In this document: positions 13,344-25,257 of the stretch, piece after piece
Position numbering within the stretch: the stretch's first letter is position 1
How the letters are laid out: every line of letters starts with the position of its first letter
Made by a program: the position numbers and the translations under genes
Notes under the pieces: generated by a model
The model's database searches: none
Told to the model about the DNA's origin: nothing
Seen by the model: only the letters and a program-made list of their open reading frames with translations
DNA from: Octopus sinensis
Lineage: Eukaryota
Assembly: GCF_006345805.1 (NCBI RefSeq)
Contig: NC_043009.1
Span: 1,674,001-1,738,000 of the forward strand
Direction: 5' to 3'
Length of the DNA stretch: 64,000 nt

Positions 13344-13645
13344 TGGTACGCACACACACACACTCGTTCCGGCGACAGGATAAATCCAACCAAACTACCC
13401 TCGCCGCCCACATCTGGTACCTTAAAAGGAACTCCATCCCCTTCAAGACCAAGTGGAAACTACTACAGAAGGCGCGCTCGTACACAGGAGGCCATACCTG
13501 CTGTGACCTCTGCATATCGGAGAGCCTAGAGATCTTGTTCGCCAAAGGCCCTCTCCTTAACAAAATCTCAGAACACTCCCCAAATTGCATGCATAAGAAG
13601 TATGCGAACTACAAGAACTATAGACCTACCCGGCAACCAGATTGA
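13344..13645 (+). pseudogene. Inverted, 5'-truncated copy of the GIY-YIG C-terminus
   Basis: HTHSFRRQDKSNQTTLAAHIWYLK...CDLCISE...CMHKK..PD-stop; lacks the VY/YIG motifs. Confidence 0.85.
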
Positions 13646-13835
13646 TGACACCCCACCCACAAAACCCCCCCCCCAATCCCACCGTTCCCCTAGCACCCCC
13701 GATTACCTTTTCTCCTAAGACCTTTCAAATATTGTATGTGCACGCTTGTATATGTGTATCGTATATATGTATAGAAATGTATGGGTATAGTAGGAATATA
13801 CGCATGTATTATGTGTGTGTGTGTGTGTATGTATG

Positions 13836-13880
<45 letters not shown>

Positions 13881-14279
13881 GCGTGTGTGTGTGTGTGTGT
13901 GTATATATATGTATATATGTATATGTGTATATATGTGTGTATGCATATGTATGTGTATATGTATGTGTGTATGTATGTGTATGTATGTATAAAATATTAT
14001 ATAATTAGGGCTTAGTAAAATAAATTACTTTGCCACACACTGAACTTTCTAGAAATAGCAGCCAAAAAAGTTTTTTAGCTTCTTCCACTACTTAGAGAAT
14101 ATTTTCCCTCAGACATTATTTACTCAAAAAAATAATGGTCCTTTTACATACTGAATACTTGGTGAAATTGATTAATAACTAATTAACTTTACCCTCAATT
14201 GTTGATATATGTATGTGTGTGTATATATGTGTATGTATATGTATATGTACATGTATGTATGTGTGTATGTATGTATATG

Positions 14280-14310
<31 letters not shown>

Positions 14311-14318
14311 GTGTATGC

Positions 14319-14350
<32 letters not shown>

Positions 14351-14851
14351 GTGTGTATATGTGTATTATGTATATATTTATATATATATATATGTATATG
14401 TATGTGTGTGTGTATATGTATATATATGTATATATATGAGTGTACGCGAGTATGTCGATGTATATGTAGGTATGTAGAGTTATGTGTATGTGCATGTATG
14501 TGAGTGTAGATACAAACTGTAGATGCGTATATATATGTGTGTGTATATATACATGTATATAGGTATATGTATGTGTGTGTATATATATATGTATATATAT
14601 ATATATATATATATGTATATGCGAGTATGTAGAGATATAAGTATGTGCATGTGTATATATGTGTGTATATATATGTATAGGTATGTGTATGTGTATGTAT
14701 GTATATATATATACGTGTGTGTGTGTATGTATGCATATATGTATGTATGTATGTATATGTGTATGTATATATATGTGTGTAAGTGTGTGTATATATGTAT
14801 ATGTAAGTGTGTGTGCGTGTATGAGTATGTATGTATGTTTGCACACATGTA

Positions 14852-14946
<95 letters not shown>

Positions 14947-15147
14947 GTGTGTATGTGTATGTATGTATGTATATATATGCGTGTGTATGTGTATATGTAC
15001 ATATACGTGTACTCTCGTGTGTTTATGTATATGTAGGTACGTAGATTTATCTATGTGTGTATGTATTTGTACATGTGTGTAAGTATGTATATATATATAT
15101 GTGGATATGTGTGTGTATATATATGTGTATATGTATATATATGTGTG

Positions 15148-15207
<60 letters not shown>

Positions 15208-15514
15208 GTGTAAGTTTTATGTATGTATCCGTCTATATATAGGTACTGCACGTACATATACTTAATATTTATTATTTTTTTTTGAGTATGCATGTATGAA
15301 TAACTGCGCGTATATATATTTTACTATTTACTTATTTTTTGAGTATGCATGTAAGTATGAATATAAGGAGGCACGTGTGTGTGTGTGTATGTGTAAGCAT
15401 AGATATATGTATACTTTTACGCATGTGTGTACTTATGTGTATATATGGATGCGCGTGTATTTGTATATGTATGTATGTATATGTATGTGTGTGTATGTAT
15501 GTATATATATATAT

Positions 15515-16345
15515 ATAATCAAAAATCAAACCAAATCAAAATAGATGAACATCAATGGAATTGTATCTTTGTGGTTCCAGTACCGGTGGCACACAAGAAA
15601 ACCATCCGATCGTGCCGTTCGCCAGCCACATCTGGCACCTGTGTCGGTGGCACATAAAGACACCATCCGAAGACCCGGCGACGTAGACAGTCCACCTGTG
15701 CAACCTTCCTTCTTGTGACACTTGTGAAGACCTGTTGAGGCAAGTGACACTTGTGAAGACCTGTTGAGGCAAGTGAAAACAAATCAAATCAAAACAAATC
15801 AAAATGATGAACATAAATGGAATTTGTATCTTTGTGGTACCAGTGCGGGTGGCACACAAGAAAATCATCCGAAGTGGCCGTAGCCAGTACCGCATAGACT
15901 GGCTCCGTGCTTTGGGGAGCAACAAACACCATCCGATCGTGGCCGTCCGCCAGCCTCATCTGGCCCGTGTCGGTTTGGCACTTAAAACACCATCCGAGCG
16001 TGGCCGTCTCCAGCCTCGTCTGGCACCTGCCAGCCTCATCTGGCACTGTGTAGGGGCACATAAAAACACCATACGAGCGTGGCCGTCTGCCAGCCTCGTC
16101 TGGCACCTGTGTCGGTGGACATAAAAACACCACGAGCGTGGCCGTTCGCCAGCCTGTCTGGCACCTGTGTCGGTGGCACATAAAATCACCCACTAAACTC
16201 TCGGAGTGGTTGGCGTTAGGAGGGCATCCAGTGTAGAAACACTGCAGATCTGACTGGCCTGGTGCAGCCTTCGGGCTCCCCAGACCCCAGTTGAACCGTC
16301 CAACCCATGCTAGCTGGGAAAACGGACGCTAAATGATGATGATGT
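15515..16345 (+). mobile_element. Retroposon 3' region (family 2, RTE-like tail) with internal ~60-bp tandem units, right arm only
   Basis: Repeated CCATCCGAGCGTGGCCGTTCGCCAGCCTCGTCTGGCACCTGTGTCGGTGGCACATAAAAACA-type units; ends AACCCATGCTAGC..AAAACGGACGCTAAATGATGATGATG; inserted in (TA)n. Confidence 0.75.
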
Positions 16346-16364
16346 GATGATGATGTGGATATAT

Positions 16365-16416
<52 letters not shown>

Positions 16417-16640
16417 ATGTGTATGTATGTATATGCGTATGTGTATGTATTTGTATGTGCATGCATGCGTATATATATGTACGTATATGTATACGGTGGG
16501 TGTGTGTATGTGTATAAATGTATGGATGTATGGATGTATGTATGTATACGTATGTATGTGTATGTGGTATATGTATGTATGTGTATGTGTGTGTGTATAT
16601 ATATATATATATGTATATGTGTATATGTATGTATATGTAT

Positions 16641-16673
<33 letters not shown>

Positions 16674-17128
16674 GTATGTATATATATGTGAATATGTATA
16701 TATATGTATATATATATACATGTATGTATTTGTATGTAGGTGTAATATGTATGTTGTGTGTATTTATATTTATTGGTGTATATGTATAGACTAGCCTTCT
16801 AAGAGTGTAGACATGAATCTGTAGGTACGCGTACGTATGTGTATATACGTGAATGTATGTAGATGTATGTATGTATGAATATAACGCGTGCGTGCGTGTG
16901 TGCGAATGAGTGAGTGTACGTGCTAAAGAGTGTGCGTGAGTAAATGAGTGCTTGTTTTCCAGTAGACAGATAAATGGACTGGCTGTCATAGCCAAGATGT
17001 TTTTGACCAGTGATCAAAGATAACAAAAGTAATAAATGAAGATAATAAAATTAAAATTAGGGAATGGGTCTGTATTTGTATGTGTATATATATGTGTGTA
17101 TGTGTAGGTATGCATAGGTACACATATG

Positions 17129-17159
<31 letters not shown>

Positions 17160-17755
17160 ATGTATGTGTGTGTATATGTGTGTGTATGTGTATATATGTG
17201 TATATAGGGACTAGTGTGCTGTGTGTGCATATGTGTGTGTGGATATGTGTGTGTATGCGTGTATGTGAGTATGTGTGTGTATGTGTATATATATTTTTCT
17301 GTGTGTATATGTATGTGTGGTCGTGTGTGTATATATACATGTGTGTATACGTGTATGCATGTGAGTGTGTGTATGTATACATATATGTGTATGTGTAGAT
17401 ATGTATATGTATGTGTAAGTGTATATATATGTATATGTGTGTGTGTACGTATGTGTGTATGTATATGTATATATGTTTGTATGTGTGTGTATATATGTAT
17501 ACATATGTGCATAGGTATAAGTGAGAATTTCCTTATTTACCTAAAACTCTATTCCCTTTTTTTATATATATTTTTATATATTTTTTTTTATATTTTTTTA
17601 TTTTTTTATTTATTCTTCTATCTAATTTAACACTGACTCCTTGACCACTCCCCCAAGTATGATATTTTGCGCTATGCCTACCCCCAAAAAGTCCCCCACG
17701 AACACCCCTTTAAACCTGCCTAAATGTATAAATGCCAATACAATTCTTGTTAACT

Positions 17756-17806
17756 AGCTTCCTGAAGATTTCTCTTGAATGAAACAGTTCTAGTCCTGTA
17801 GAAGCT
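17756..17806 (+). ncRNA. Type I hammerhead ribozyme motif (family A)
   Basis: Stem I AGCTTC/GAAGCT, core CTGAAGA (17762-68) and GAAA (17781-84), stem III ACAG/CTGT, GUA cleavage triplet (17798-17800). Confidence 0.7.
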
Positions 17807-17928
17807 CCTTCTATATAATAAATTAATTTTACTCTACTATGTATTGAGTACCTTATTTACTGTGGTTAACCCCAAATCAACCCGGGACCTACATATATAT
17901 ATATGATGATGATGATGAGGAGGAGGAG

Positions 17929-17964
<36 letters not shown>

Positions 17965-18613
17965 ACTACAGAAATATACACATTAGAATATATGCATATA
18001 TACAAATACTGTCTCATATAAAGCTCTACTAATAATTTCTCAGTCAAACATATACACACGTGTAGTATATATATATATATTTATATACACACACATCTCA
18101 CACTCTTCTAACATTTACAATATATATATACACACATAAACACAATATATTATATATGTACCCACATACATATACACAGAATATGTGTAAACACACTATA
18201 TGTAAACACACATATATAAACACACACATTGTATGATTGTATACACACACACAAACACACAGACGCAGAGTCAAACTCACAAAAGCCTCTCAAACAGCAG
18301 GAAATTATGAAACATTTCCTTTCAAACCATTTGAGCCATTTAACCTCTTTGCAGTCTCTTGTTTTATTATTCATATAAATAATATTCCTTCATCACATAC
18401 ATACATATATATGCATGTGTATACACACATTTTAAAGATCTATCTACATATATTTATGCGTGTGTATGGAAGCTTTTATGAATGTGTGCGTGGTGCGATA
18501 CTAAAATGGTTTTAGTAAAAAGTTCAAGTAGTCAACAAGAAGGTGGAAGGAGGCCAAAGTGGTGCTTGGAAAGGTCAAGCAAAGTGCTTGATAACAGAGT
18601 GCAGAGATCAACT

Positions 18614-18655
<42 letters not shown>

Positions 18656-19339
18656 GGAGGTAAATGGGTAAATGTGAAAAGAGTGATAAGAAAAAGTAAA
18701 GAACAAAGAAACAGAAAATGATACATGGGTAAATATTTCTTTTATGCATGAATGTATATAAATAAATACATTATATATATATATATATATATATATTGTT
18801 GCTATTATGTTAAACTGTTGTATGTCCAAATTTGGCCAAATATTTATTTTGGCCAATGTTTATTTTTGCTCGCAATAGCCAGTTCTTCAGGTCAAACTCT
18901 CGTCTTTCCAGCTGCTTCAGATGCCGAGATACCAAAAATTCTCAAAGTGTAACACAAAGGTTTTGCTATGAAATTGTGAAACTATTTTTTCGTTTCCTGA
19001 AAAAGCAACGTTTTGGACTTACGACACTTTTGCATAATAGCAACGATATATCATCATAATCATTTACAATCCGGCAAGGGTTGGACAGTTTGACAAGAAG
19101 AGATAAGCCACAGGCTCTGCCATGTCTCTCTATATGCACGTGCATGTGCGTGCGTGCGTGCGTGCGTGCGTATACTCTTTCACTTGTTTCAGTCATTTGA
19201 CAGTGGCCAAGCTGGAGTTCAAATGCTGCTGAGGTCAACTTTGATAATTTATTTTATTAACTCAGAAGGGATAAGATGTGGTCAAGTACCGTGGCCGGTA
19301 CTTTCCTATTACTAACAGCCATTTTTTTTTTATTAACTT

Positions 19340-19690
19340 GTTTCAGTCATTGAACTGCAGCCAAGCTGGGGCACCACCTTCAACACTTTTAGTTGAACAA
19401 ATAGACCCTGGAACAAATTTTGTTTTTTAAAGGCTGGTACTTATTCTGTCAGACTCCTTTGCTGAACCATTAAGTCATGGGTACATAAACAAACCAACAC
19501 AAGTTTTGAAAGTGTGAGAGAAGGGGAAAACAGACCCAAACACACAAGCACAACAGGGATCCACACAGTTTCTGTTTATCGTATTTATTCACAAAACATT
19601 AGTTGACTCATGGCTACCGAGAAGCTGTGCAATGGGACTGAACCTGAAATCATGTGGCTACAGAGCAAGCTGCTTAACCACATAGCCATG
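19340..19690 (-). mobile_element. SINE family 1, decayed
   Basis: TTGTTTCAGTCATTGAACTGCAGCCAAGCTGGGGCACC ... CTTAACCACATAGCCATGCC. Confidence 0.7.
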
Positions 19691-20807
19691 CCTTAATAAA
19701 CTATTACAGTCACAAGAGACGTAACTGTTGATCAATGGAATGTTGGAAGAGCTATCGCTAACTCATGGGGTGGGGAAAGAGCAAGGAATTGAGTGATTGA
19801 TTCCTTCTGTGAAAGAATATTTTATCCAAAACATTTAAGCTATTATATTTTCGCTCTCCAATTCTGGGCCTTTTTCCGGTGAATCTTTACAAGTATTTTT
19901 AACCATGAAAAGAGATATCAATTTCCAAAAGTCTATCAACCAACTATTACATACATCCTATGAGCGTGATAGTCGATTTATTCATCTTTTAGTAAATAAA
20001 AAAATGGCAGTCAATAATAGGAAATTATACTTTGGCATTTTGCCCAATTATTTTTATCATGTTACACCAATAGAACTAAATAATCAACTGCAAATACTTT
20101 TGAACAGTAAATTGTTTGATTTAGAAAAGTGATATTCAAAGGACAGTTTATCTAACTATGACAGTTACATAAACAGTATCAGATATATAATACTGTTAAA
20201 GATTTTTCTTTTTATAATTGATGTATGCTATTTTTGTTGAAAAATTGTATTTACAACTGAAACTAAATTTAACATTATTTCTATTTAAAAAAATTGATAT
20301 TTATAATTCTTCAGATAGGTTTATCTCAAACAACGTAATTTTAGCAATACAAATTCTTCCATTGACACTTAATGGAACATTGAACCAAATAATTTTGTTT
20401 CTATTTGTATTTGACTGAAAAACTATTTCTATAACTAATTTTTTCTTTAAACCACATCCTGTTTAACAGTATTTTGTAATAAGGGGCTTTTGAAAGAAAA
20501 TTTACTGTATGAACAATTGGATAAATATATTCTCTGATTTATAAATTAGGGCAGTCAGGTGAATTGAGAGCATGCATCTATGTATGCAGTGTAACTTTTC
20601 ATATGGTTTCTTTAAAAGGTGAAAACCTGCTTTTAATATTTAAAATTATATATATATATATATAATATTTGTAGAAAAGCATAGGCTCGAAACGTAAAAG
20701 ACTTTTTCTATTCCTGAGCGTTATACTAATACATCTGTTTGTTTTGTACACCACCTGTCTTCGTTTTTTGTTTTTTTCGTAAACTCTCCCTATATATGTG
20801 TGTGTGT

Positions 20808-21165
20808 GGAGGCATGGTTGTTCGGTGAGAAGCTTGCTTCTCAACCACATGGTTCCAGGTTCAGTCCCGCTGCATAGCTCCTTGGGCAAGTATCTTTTAC
20901 TATAGCCTTGGGCCGACCAAAGCCTTGTGAGTGGATTTGGAAGACAGAAACTGAAAGAAGCCTGTCATGTGTGTGTGTCTGTGTTTGTCCCTCCACCATC
21001 ACTTAACAACCAATGTTGGTGTGGTTACATCCCCATAACTTAGTGGTTTGGCAAAAAGAGACATAATAAGTACTAGGCACACAAAGAATAAGCCCTGGGG
21101 GAGATTTCTTCAACTAAAACTCTTTAAGTCGATGCTCCAGCATGGCCACAATCAAATGATTGAAG

Positions 21166-21170
<5 letters not shown>
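20808..21170 (+). mobile_element. SINE family 1
   Basis: Head-to-tail match to 4310-4692. Confidence 0.8.
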
Positions 21171-21202
<32 letters not shown>

Positions 21203-21618
21203 TTGTCTCAATGGTAATTTTTAGGCTAAACCCTAAATAATGCCAAAAGAGGTTTTTTTTTTATATATATAAATCTAATCATTGTACATGACACACATGC
21301 ACACACTATGCATTCCAGAAATTTTGAGACTTTTTCAGGAAAGACAATTTCAAAGAAGTACAAAACTTTAATCTCCTTCAAAATGGGATCCTTTGACAGC
21401 AAAGCACTTGTAGCACTCCAGCCACTTCATGAAGGTTCCATGGAAGTCCTCCAAAGTGAAGGTGTCCGGAACCATTGTCACAGCCTCCATCTTCTGCAGC
21501 CAGAGGAACAACCAAAAGTCAAAGGGAACTGGGGCTTGCCAACCCTATGTCAACCAAAACTGTTTGTTGTAAGCTCCATAAAACTAGATACCAATGGAGG
21601 GCTGTAATTGCTAAACTA

Positions 21619-21858
21619 CTTCTTGTTCTTTTATTGCCCACAAGGGGCTAAACACAGAGGGGACAAACAAGGACAGACAAAGGGATTAAGTTGATTACAT
21701 CGACCTCAGTGTGTAACTGGTACTTAATTTATCGACCCCGAAAGGATGAAAGGCAAAGTTGACCTCGGTGGAATTTGAACTCAGAACGTAACGGCAGACA
21801 AAATACTGCTAAGCATTTCACCTGGCGTGCTAACGATTCCGCCAGCTCTCCGCCTTAT
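21619..21858 (-). mobile_element. tRNA-derived SINE family 3 (Meta-domain-like) with TSD
   Basis: Reverse complement of the 44040-44275 family; flanked by direct repeat TGCTAAACTA. Confidence 0.8.
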
Positions 21859-21974
21859 GCTAAACTAAAAAGTTTAGCAATTGCTAAACTTCTCCTGTAT
21901 CCCATCATCATTGATAAGCAGAGAAAATAATGTCTAGAAAATAAAATGGTTAATGGCTAGGTGGAGCAAGGTTA

Positions 21975-22290
21975 TCGTCTCTATGAATTATTATCTCCAT
22001 ATCAATGTGAGTTTATGTCTGGAAATAACCAAAAAACACCTTCAACCCTGATTGTTTGGCTCCTACTATGACACTCAGAAATGGTTCTGTGATAAATTGG
22101 GAGGCCATATCATATATGTTTCTTGGCCTCTAATTGTTCTATATGGCAGAGATAACACCGAGGATTATCTAAGTATTTTGGCTGACCATATCTATCCTAT
22201 GGCACCAAAATGTTTCCTGATGGTAACATAATCTTCCAGGATGTTGCTGTACCTATTCATATGGCTAATATTATTCAAAATTCATTCAAA
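21975..22290 (+). pseudogene. Tc1-family transposase fragment
   Basis: Translates PLIVLYGRDNTEDYLSILADHIYPMA / MFPDGNIIFQDVAVPIHMANIIQN (FQDDNAPIH-like second catalytic Asp region). Confidence 0.6.
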
Positions 22291-22517
22291 TTCATTTCCC
22301 AAACAATCGTTCAGAATCTGTCAATTCCCAAATGTATTTAAGCTGATTGATTTCCAAATGTGAACCAATTCAGTGTTATATGATAAAACTTTCAATTAAA
22401 ATGCTTCCATTATTTTGTCCAAACCCTGTATGTGTACACATATCAGGCATACCTATCATTTCTCTCTCTCTCTCACACACACATTGGACCCTGGCTATCA
22501 CTCAGGTGACCAGGCAC

Positions 22518-22566
22518 TCGTGACTGAAGATAAGCTAACCAGCTCAAAACTGAGTCAGTCTTGTGG
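22518..22566 (+). ncRNA. Decayed type I hammerhead (family B, copy 1)
   Basis: CTGAAGA-ta-AGCT-aacc-AGCT-c-AAAA(for GAAA)-CT-gagtc-AG-TC; GUC triplet; G12 mutated at a CpG. Confidence 0.55.
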
Positions 22567-22871
22567 TCCTGTTGTCTGCTAGAAGATGGTAGGGGTTCGC
22601 CCCACCCTGCTAGCAATATATATTGCAGATAAAGGATGCACCGATAACCAGCTGGTGGAAAGTCTGCCTGGTGTTAAACTAGTTGTAACATGGAATAAAC
22701 TCTTTGATGTAGCAATTGACTTTACTTGTTAGCAGAGTTACAACTCTGATCTCTACTTGAGATTTTACAGCTGCTATTTTGCTTGTTACAAATCAGTGAC
22801 CAATGGTCACTTGGTTTACAATATATTGCTGGCTGGAGTGGACTGTGTCAATTGCTCTGGTGACCAGGTAC

Positions 22872-22919
22872 TTGCACTGAAGACTAGCCAACCAGCTCAA
22901 AACTGGGTCAGTCTTGCAA
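22872..22919 (+). ncRNA. Decayed type I hammerhead (family B, copy 2)
   Basis: TTGCA-CTGAAGA-ct-AGC-caacca-GCT-c-AAAA-CT-gggtc-AG-TC-TTGCAA. Confidence 0.5.
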
Positions 22920-23214
22920 TCCTGTAACCTGCTAGAGGATGGTAAGGGTTTCGCTTCCACTGCTAGCAATATATATTGTATATAAAGGGTGCAGTGATAA
23001 CCAGTTTGTGGAAGATTTGCCTGGGATTAAACTAGTAGTAACAGGGAACAGTCACTTTGAGGTAGCAATTGACATATATATATGTATGTATGTATATATA
23101 TGTACACACTTTATTAATAAAGCTGCAAAGACATCACAAGAACTGTTACTCAGAGTTTCACGTTCCCATTCGGACAGTTTTTACATACATACATGTGTGC
23201 GTGTTTATTTTATA

Positions 23215-23555
23215 TTTGTTTCAGTCATTTGACTGCGGCCATACTGGACCCCAGGACTTATCCTTTGTAAGCATAATACTTATTCTATTGGTTTCTTTTG
23301 CCAAACCACTAAGTTACAGAGACAGACATGCCACCATTGGTTGTCAAGTGATGGTGGGGGGGACAAACACAGACAGACACACACGTAAATGCACACACAC
23401 ACACATACATATATATGACAGGCTTCTTTCAGTTTCCGTCTGCCAAATCCACTCACTAGGCTTTGGTCATCCCGAGGCTATAGTAGAAGACACTTGCCCA
23501 AGGTGTCACGCAGTGGGACTGAACCCAGAACCAACCTCTTTACCACACAGCCACG
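23215..23555 (-). mobile_element. SINE family 1
   Basis: Tail TTGTTTCAGTCATTTGACTGCGGCCAT through head TTACCACACAGCCACGC. Confidence 0.75.
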
Positions 23556-23799
23556 CTTACTTATACAAATATATGTAATTTGACTACTCTTTTTAGCAGT
23601 TTGAGTAGCCATGTAGAAGTGCTCTCATTAATATATGAGAGTTTATGTGAGTGATTAACTGGTTAGAGTCATTAGAGTGCTGGATAGAATGTGTTGCCTG
23701 ATTTATTGTGATTCACTGAATTCAGAGTTCAATTCCCACCAAAGTCAGTTCTGCTTTTTATTCTTTTGGGGGCTCAATAATAAAAGTAGCAAATCCAGG

Positions 23800-24574
23800 A
23801 CAGTATGTGTGTGTGAGAGACAGACACGGGGTGGGGGTGATAATGGTGTGAGGGAGGGAGGGAGGGAGAGAATGAACAAAAGATAAAGAGATAGAAAGAA
23901 AGAAGGGTTAAAGGAGAAAGAAAACCAAGCAAAGGATAAAGGTGAGAGAGAGAGAGAGAGAGAATAGACAAAGGATGGGAGGGGGAGAGATATAGAGAGA
24001 GAATAGACAAAGGATAAAAAGGAAGGAGGGAGGGAGAGAGAGAGAAAGAGTGAGAATGGTAAACAAAGGATGGGGTGGGAAGGAGAAGGATAAATACAGG
24101 ATAATGGGAAGAGATGTGGAGAAAGGAGAAAGGAAAGAGAGAGGGAGAGAGAAAGAGAATGTGAGTGAGTGAGAGAGAGAGAGAGAGAGAAGGTAAGTGA
24201 GAAAGAGAATGTGAGTGAGAGAGAGGGAGAAGAGAATGTGAGGGAGGGAGAAGAGAATGTGAGGAAAACAGAAAGAGAATGTGAGTGACAGAGAGAGAGA
24301 GAATGTGAGTGAGAGAGAGGGAGAAAGTGTGAGAGAGAGAGAATGTGAGTGAGAGAGAGAGAAAGAGAGAGAAAGAAAGAGCAAGAAAACTCAAAAAGTT
24401 GTTTACAGTGAAATTTAATGTCTGAGATAAAGATATTTGGTGATGGCATTTTATAAACATTGAAGGAGATGAGGATGATGATGAGGATGATGAGGATGAT
24501 GTGGTGGTGATGGAAGAAGATGGTGATGACAACAATGATGACAGTGCAGCTGGTGGTAAGGTTGATGTTACACG

Positions 24575-24605
<31 letters not shown>
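23800..24605. repeat. GA-rich low-complexity tract followed by (GAT)n and (AAT)n
   Basis: Direct reading; source of the 356/253/158 aa Ser/Leu ORFs. Confidence 0.85.
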
Positions 24606-24606
<1 letters not shown>

Positions 24607-25062
24607 TCCAATATTAGTCTCTGCCCCTCCGCCTCTCCATCACATTCTGATTTCAAATATCTCCCAAGGTCTGCCACAAGCTGTTCTTTCATCTCTTGGC
24701 GGTAGCAAGGAAGTGGAGTAGGGGGGGGAGTCATTGATAATGGATATACCAGTGATTCACTGGGGGAGGCGTTGATTCGATTGACATATCTATTAGAAAT
24801 GTTGTTGTTTAGCATCAGGTTAGTTTTAATGGACCAGAGCTATCAAAGTATTCCAGCCATGGCCCTCCCATCAACAATCATACGTACAGTTAGGGCCCTG
24901 TGGTTCATTAGTTTGGTTTGCAACAGTGTGGTTTTTTTTAGTTTAGTTCTACTGCAGAGAAACTTGGTCGAATGCCAGTAACTATAGCCTTCAGCTGACC
25001 AAAGTCTTGCAAATGGATTTAGTGGATGGAAGTAGATAGAAGCCTGTAACATATATTTATAT

Positions 25063-25245
25063 TCGGTGGCATGCAAAAGCACCCATTACACTCTCGGAGT
25101 GGTTGGCGTTAGGAAGGGCATCCAGCTGTAGAAACTCTGCCAAATCAAGATTGGAGCCTGGGGCAGCCATCTGGTTCGCCAGCCCTCAGTCAGATCGTCC
25201 AACCCATGCTAGCATGGAAAGCAGACGTTAAATGATGATGATGAT
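25063..25245 (+). mobile_element. Retroposon 3' tail (family 2)
   Basis: CGGTGGCATGCAAAAGCACCC...TCCAACCCATGCTAGCATGGAAAGCAGACGTTAAATGATGATGATG. Confidence 0.8.
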
Positions 25246-25257
25246 ATACACACACAC

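Larger units (their letters stand above)
7257..17823. mobile_element. Giant palindromic Penelope-like element: RT/GIY-YIG core with ~4.5 kb inverted pseudo-LTR arms
   Basis: Non-microsatellite landmarks mirror each other in order (7257-7570/17510-17823, 8010-8330/16790-17080, 9040-9260/15200-15450, 10430-10620/14430-14650, 11080-11912/13344-14205) around a unique 1.4 kb PLE RT spacer. Confidence 0.85.
13344..17823 (+). repeat. Right inverted arm
   Basis: Mirror of 7257-11912 with its own ~830 bp insertion at 15515-16345. Confidence 0.9.
22495..23075 (+). repeat. Tandem dimer (~353 bp period) with a decayed hammerhead in each unit (family B)
   Basis: GGTGACCAGG...TAGCAATTGAC repeated; cores CTGAAGA at 22524 and 22877. 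Confidence 0.8.

Noticed and set aside
19800-20560. Very AT-rich stretch with short ORFs; considered a mitochondrial insertion or exon
   Set aside because: No recognisable mitochondrial gene, tRNA or protein motif.
20672-20795. Hammerhead-like 3' half (AGC-atag-GCTC-GAAACGTA)
   Set aside because: The CTGANGA core and stem I are missing; at best a truncated pLTR remnant.
23745-24815. 356-aa and 253-aa Ser/Leu-rich ORFs
   Set aside because: They are the reverse strand of GA-rich and (GAT)n low-complexity DNA.
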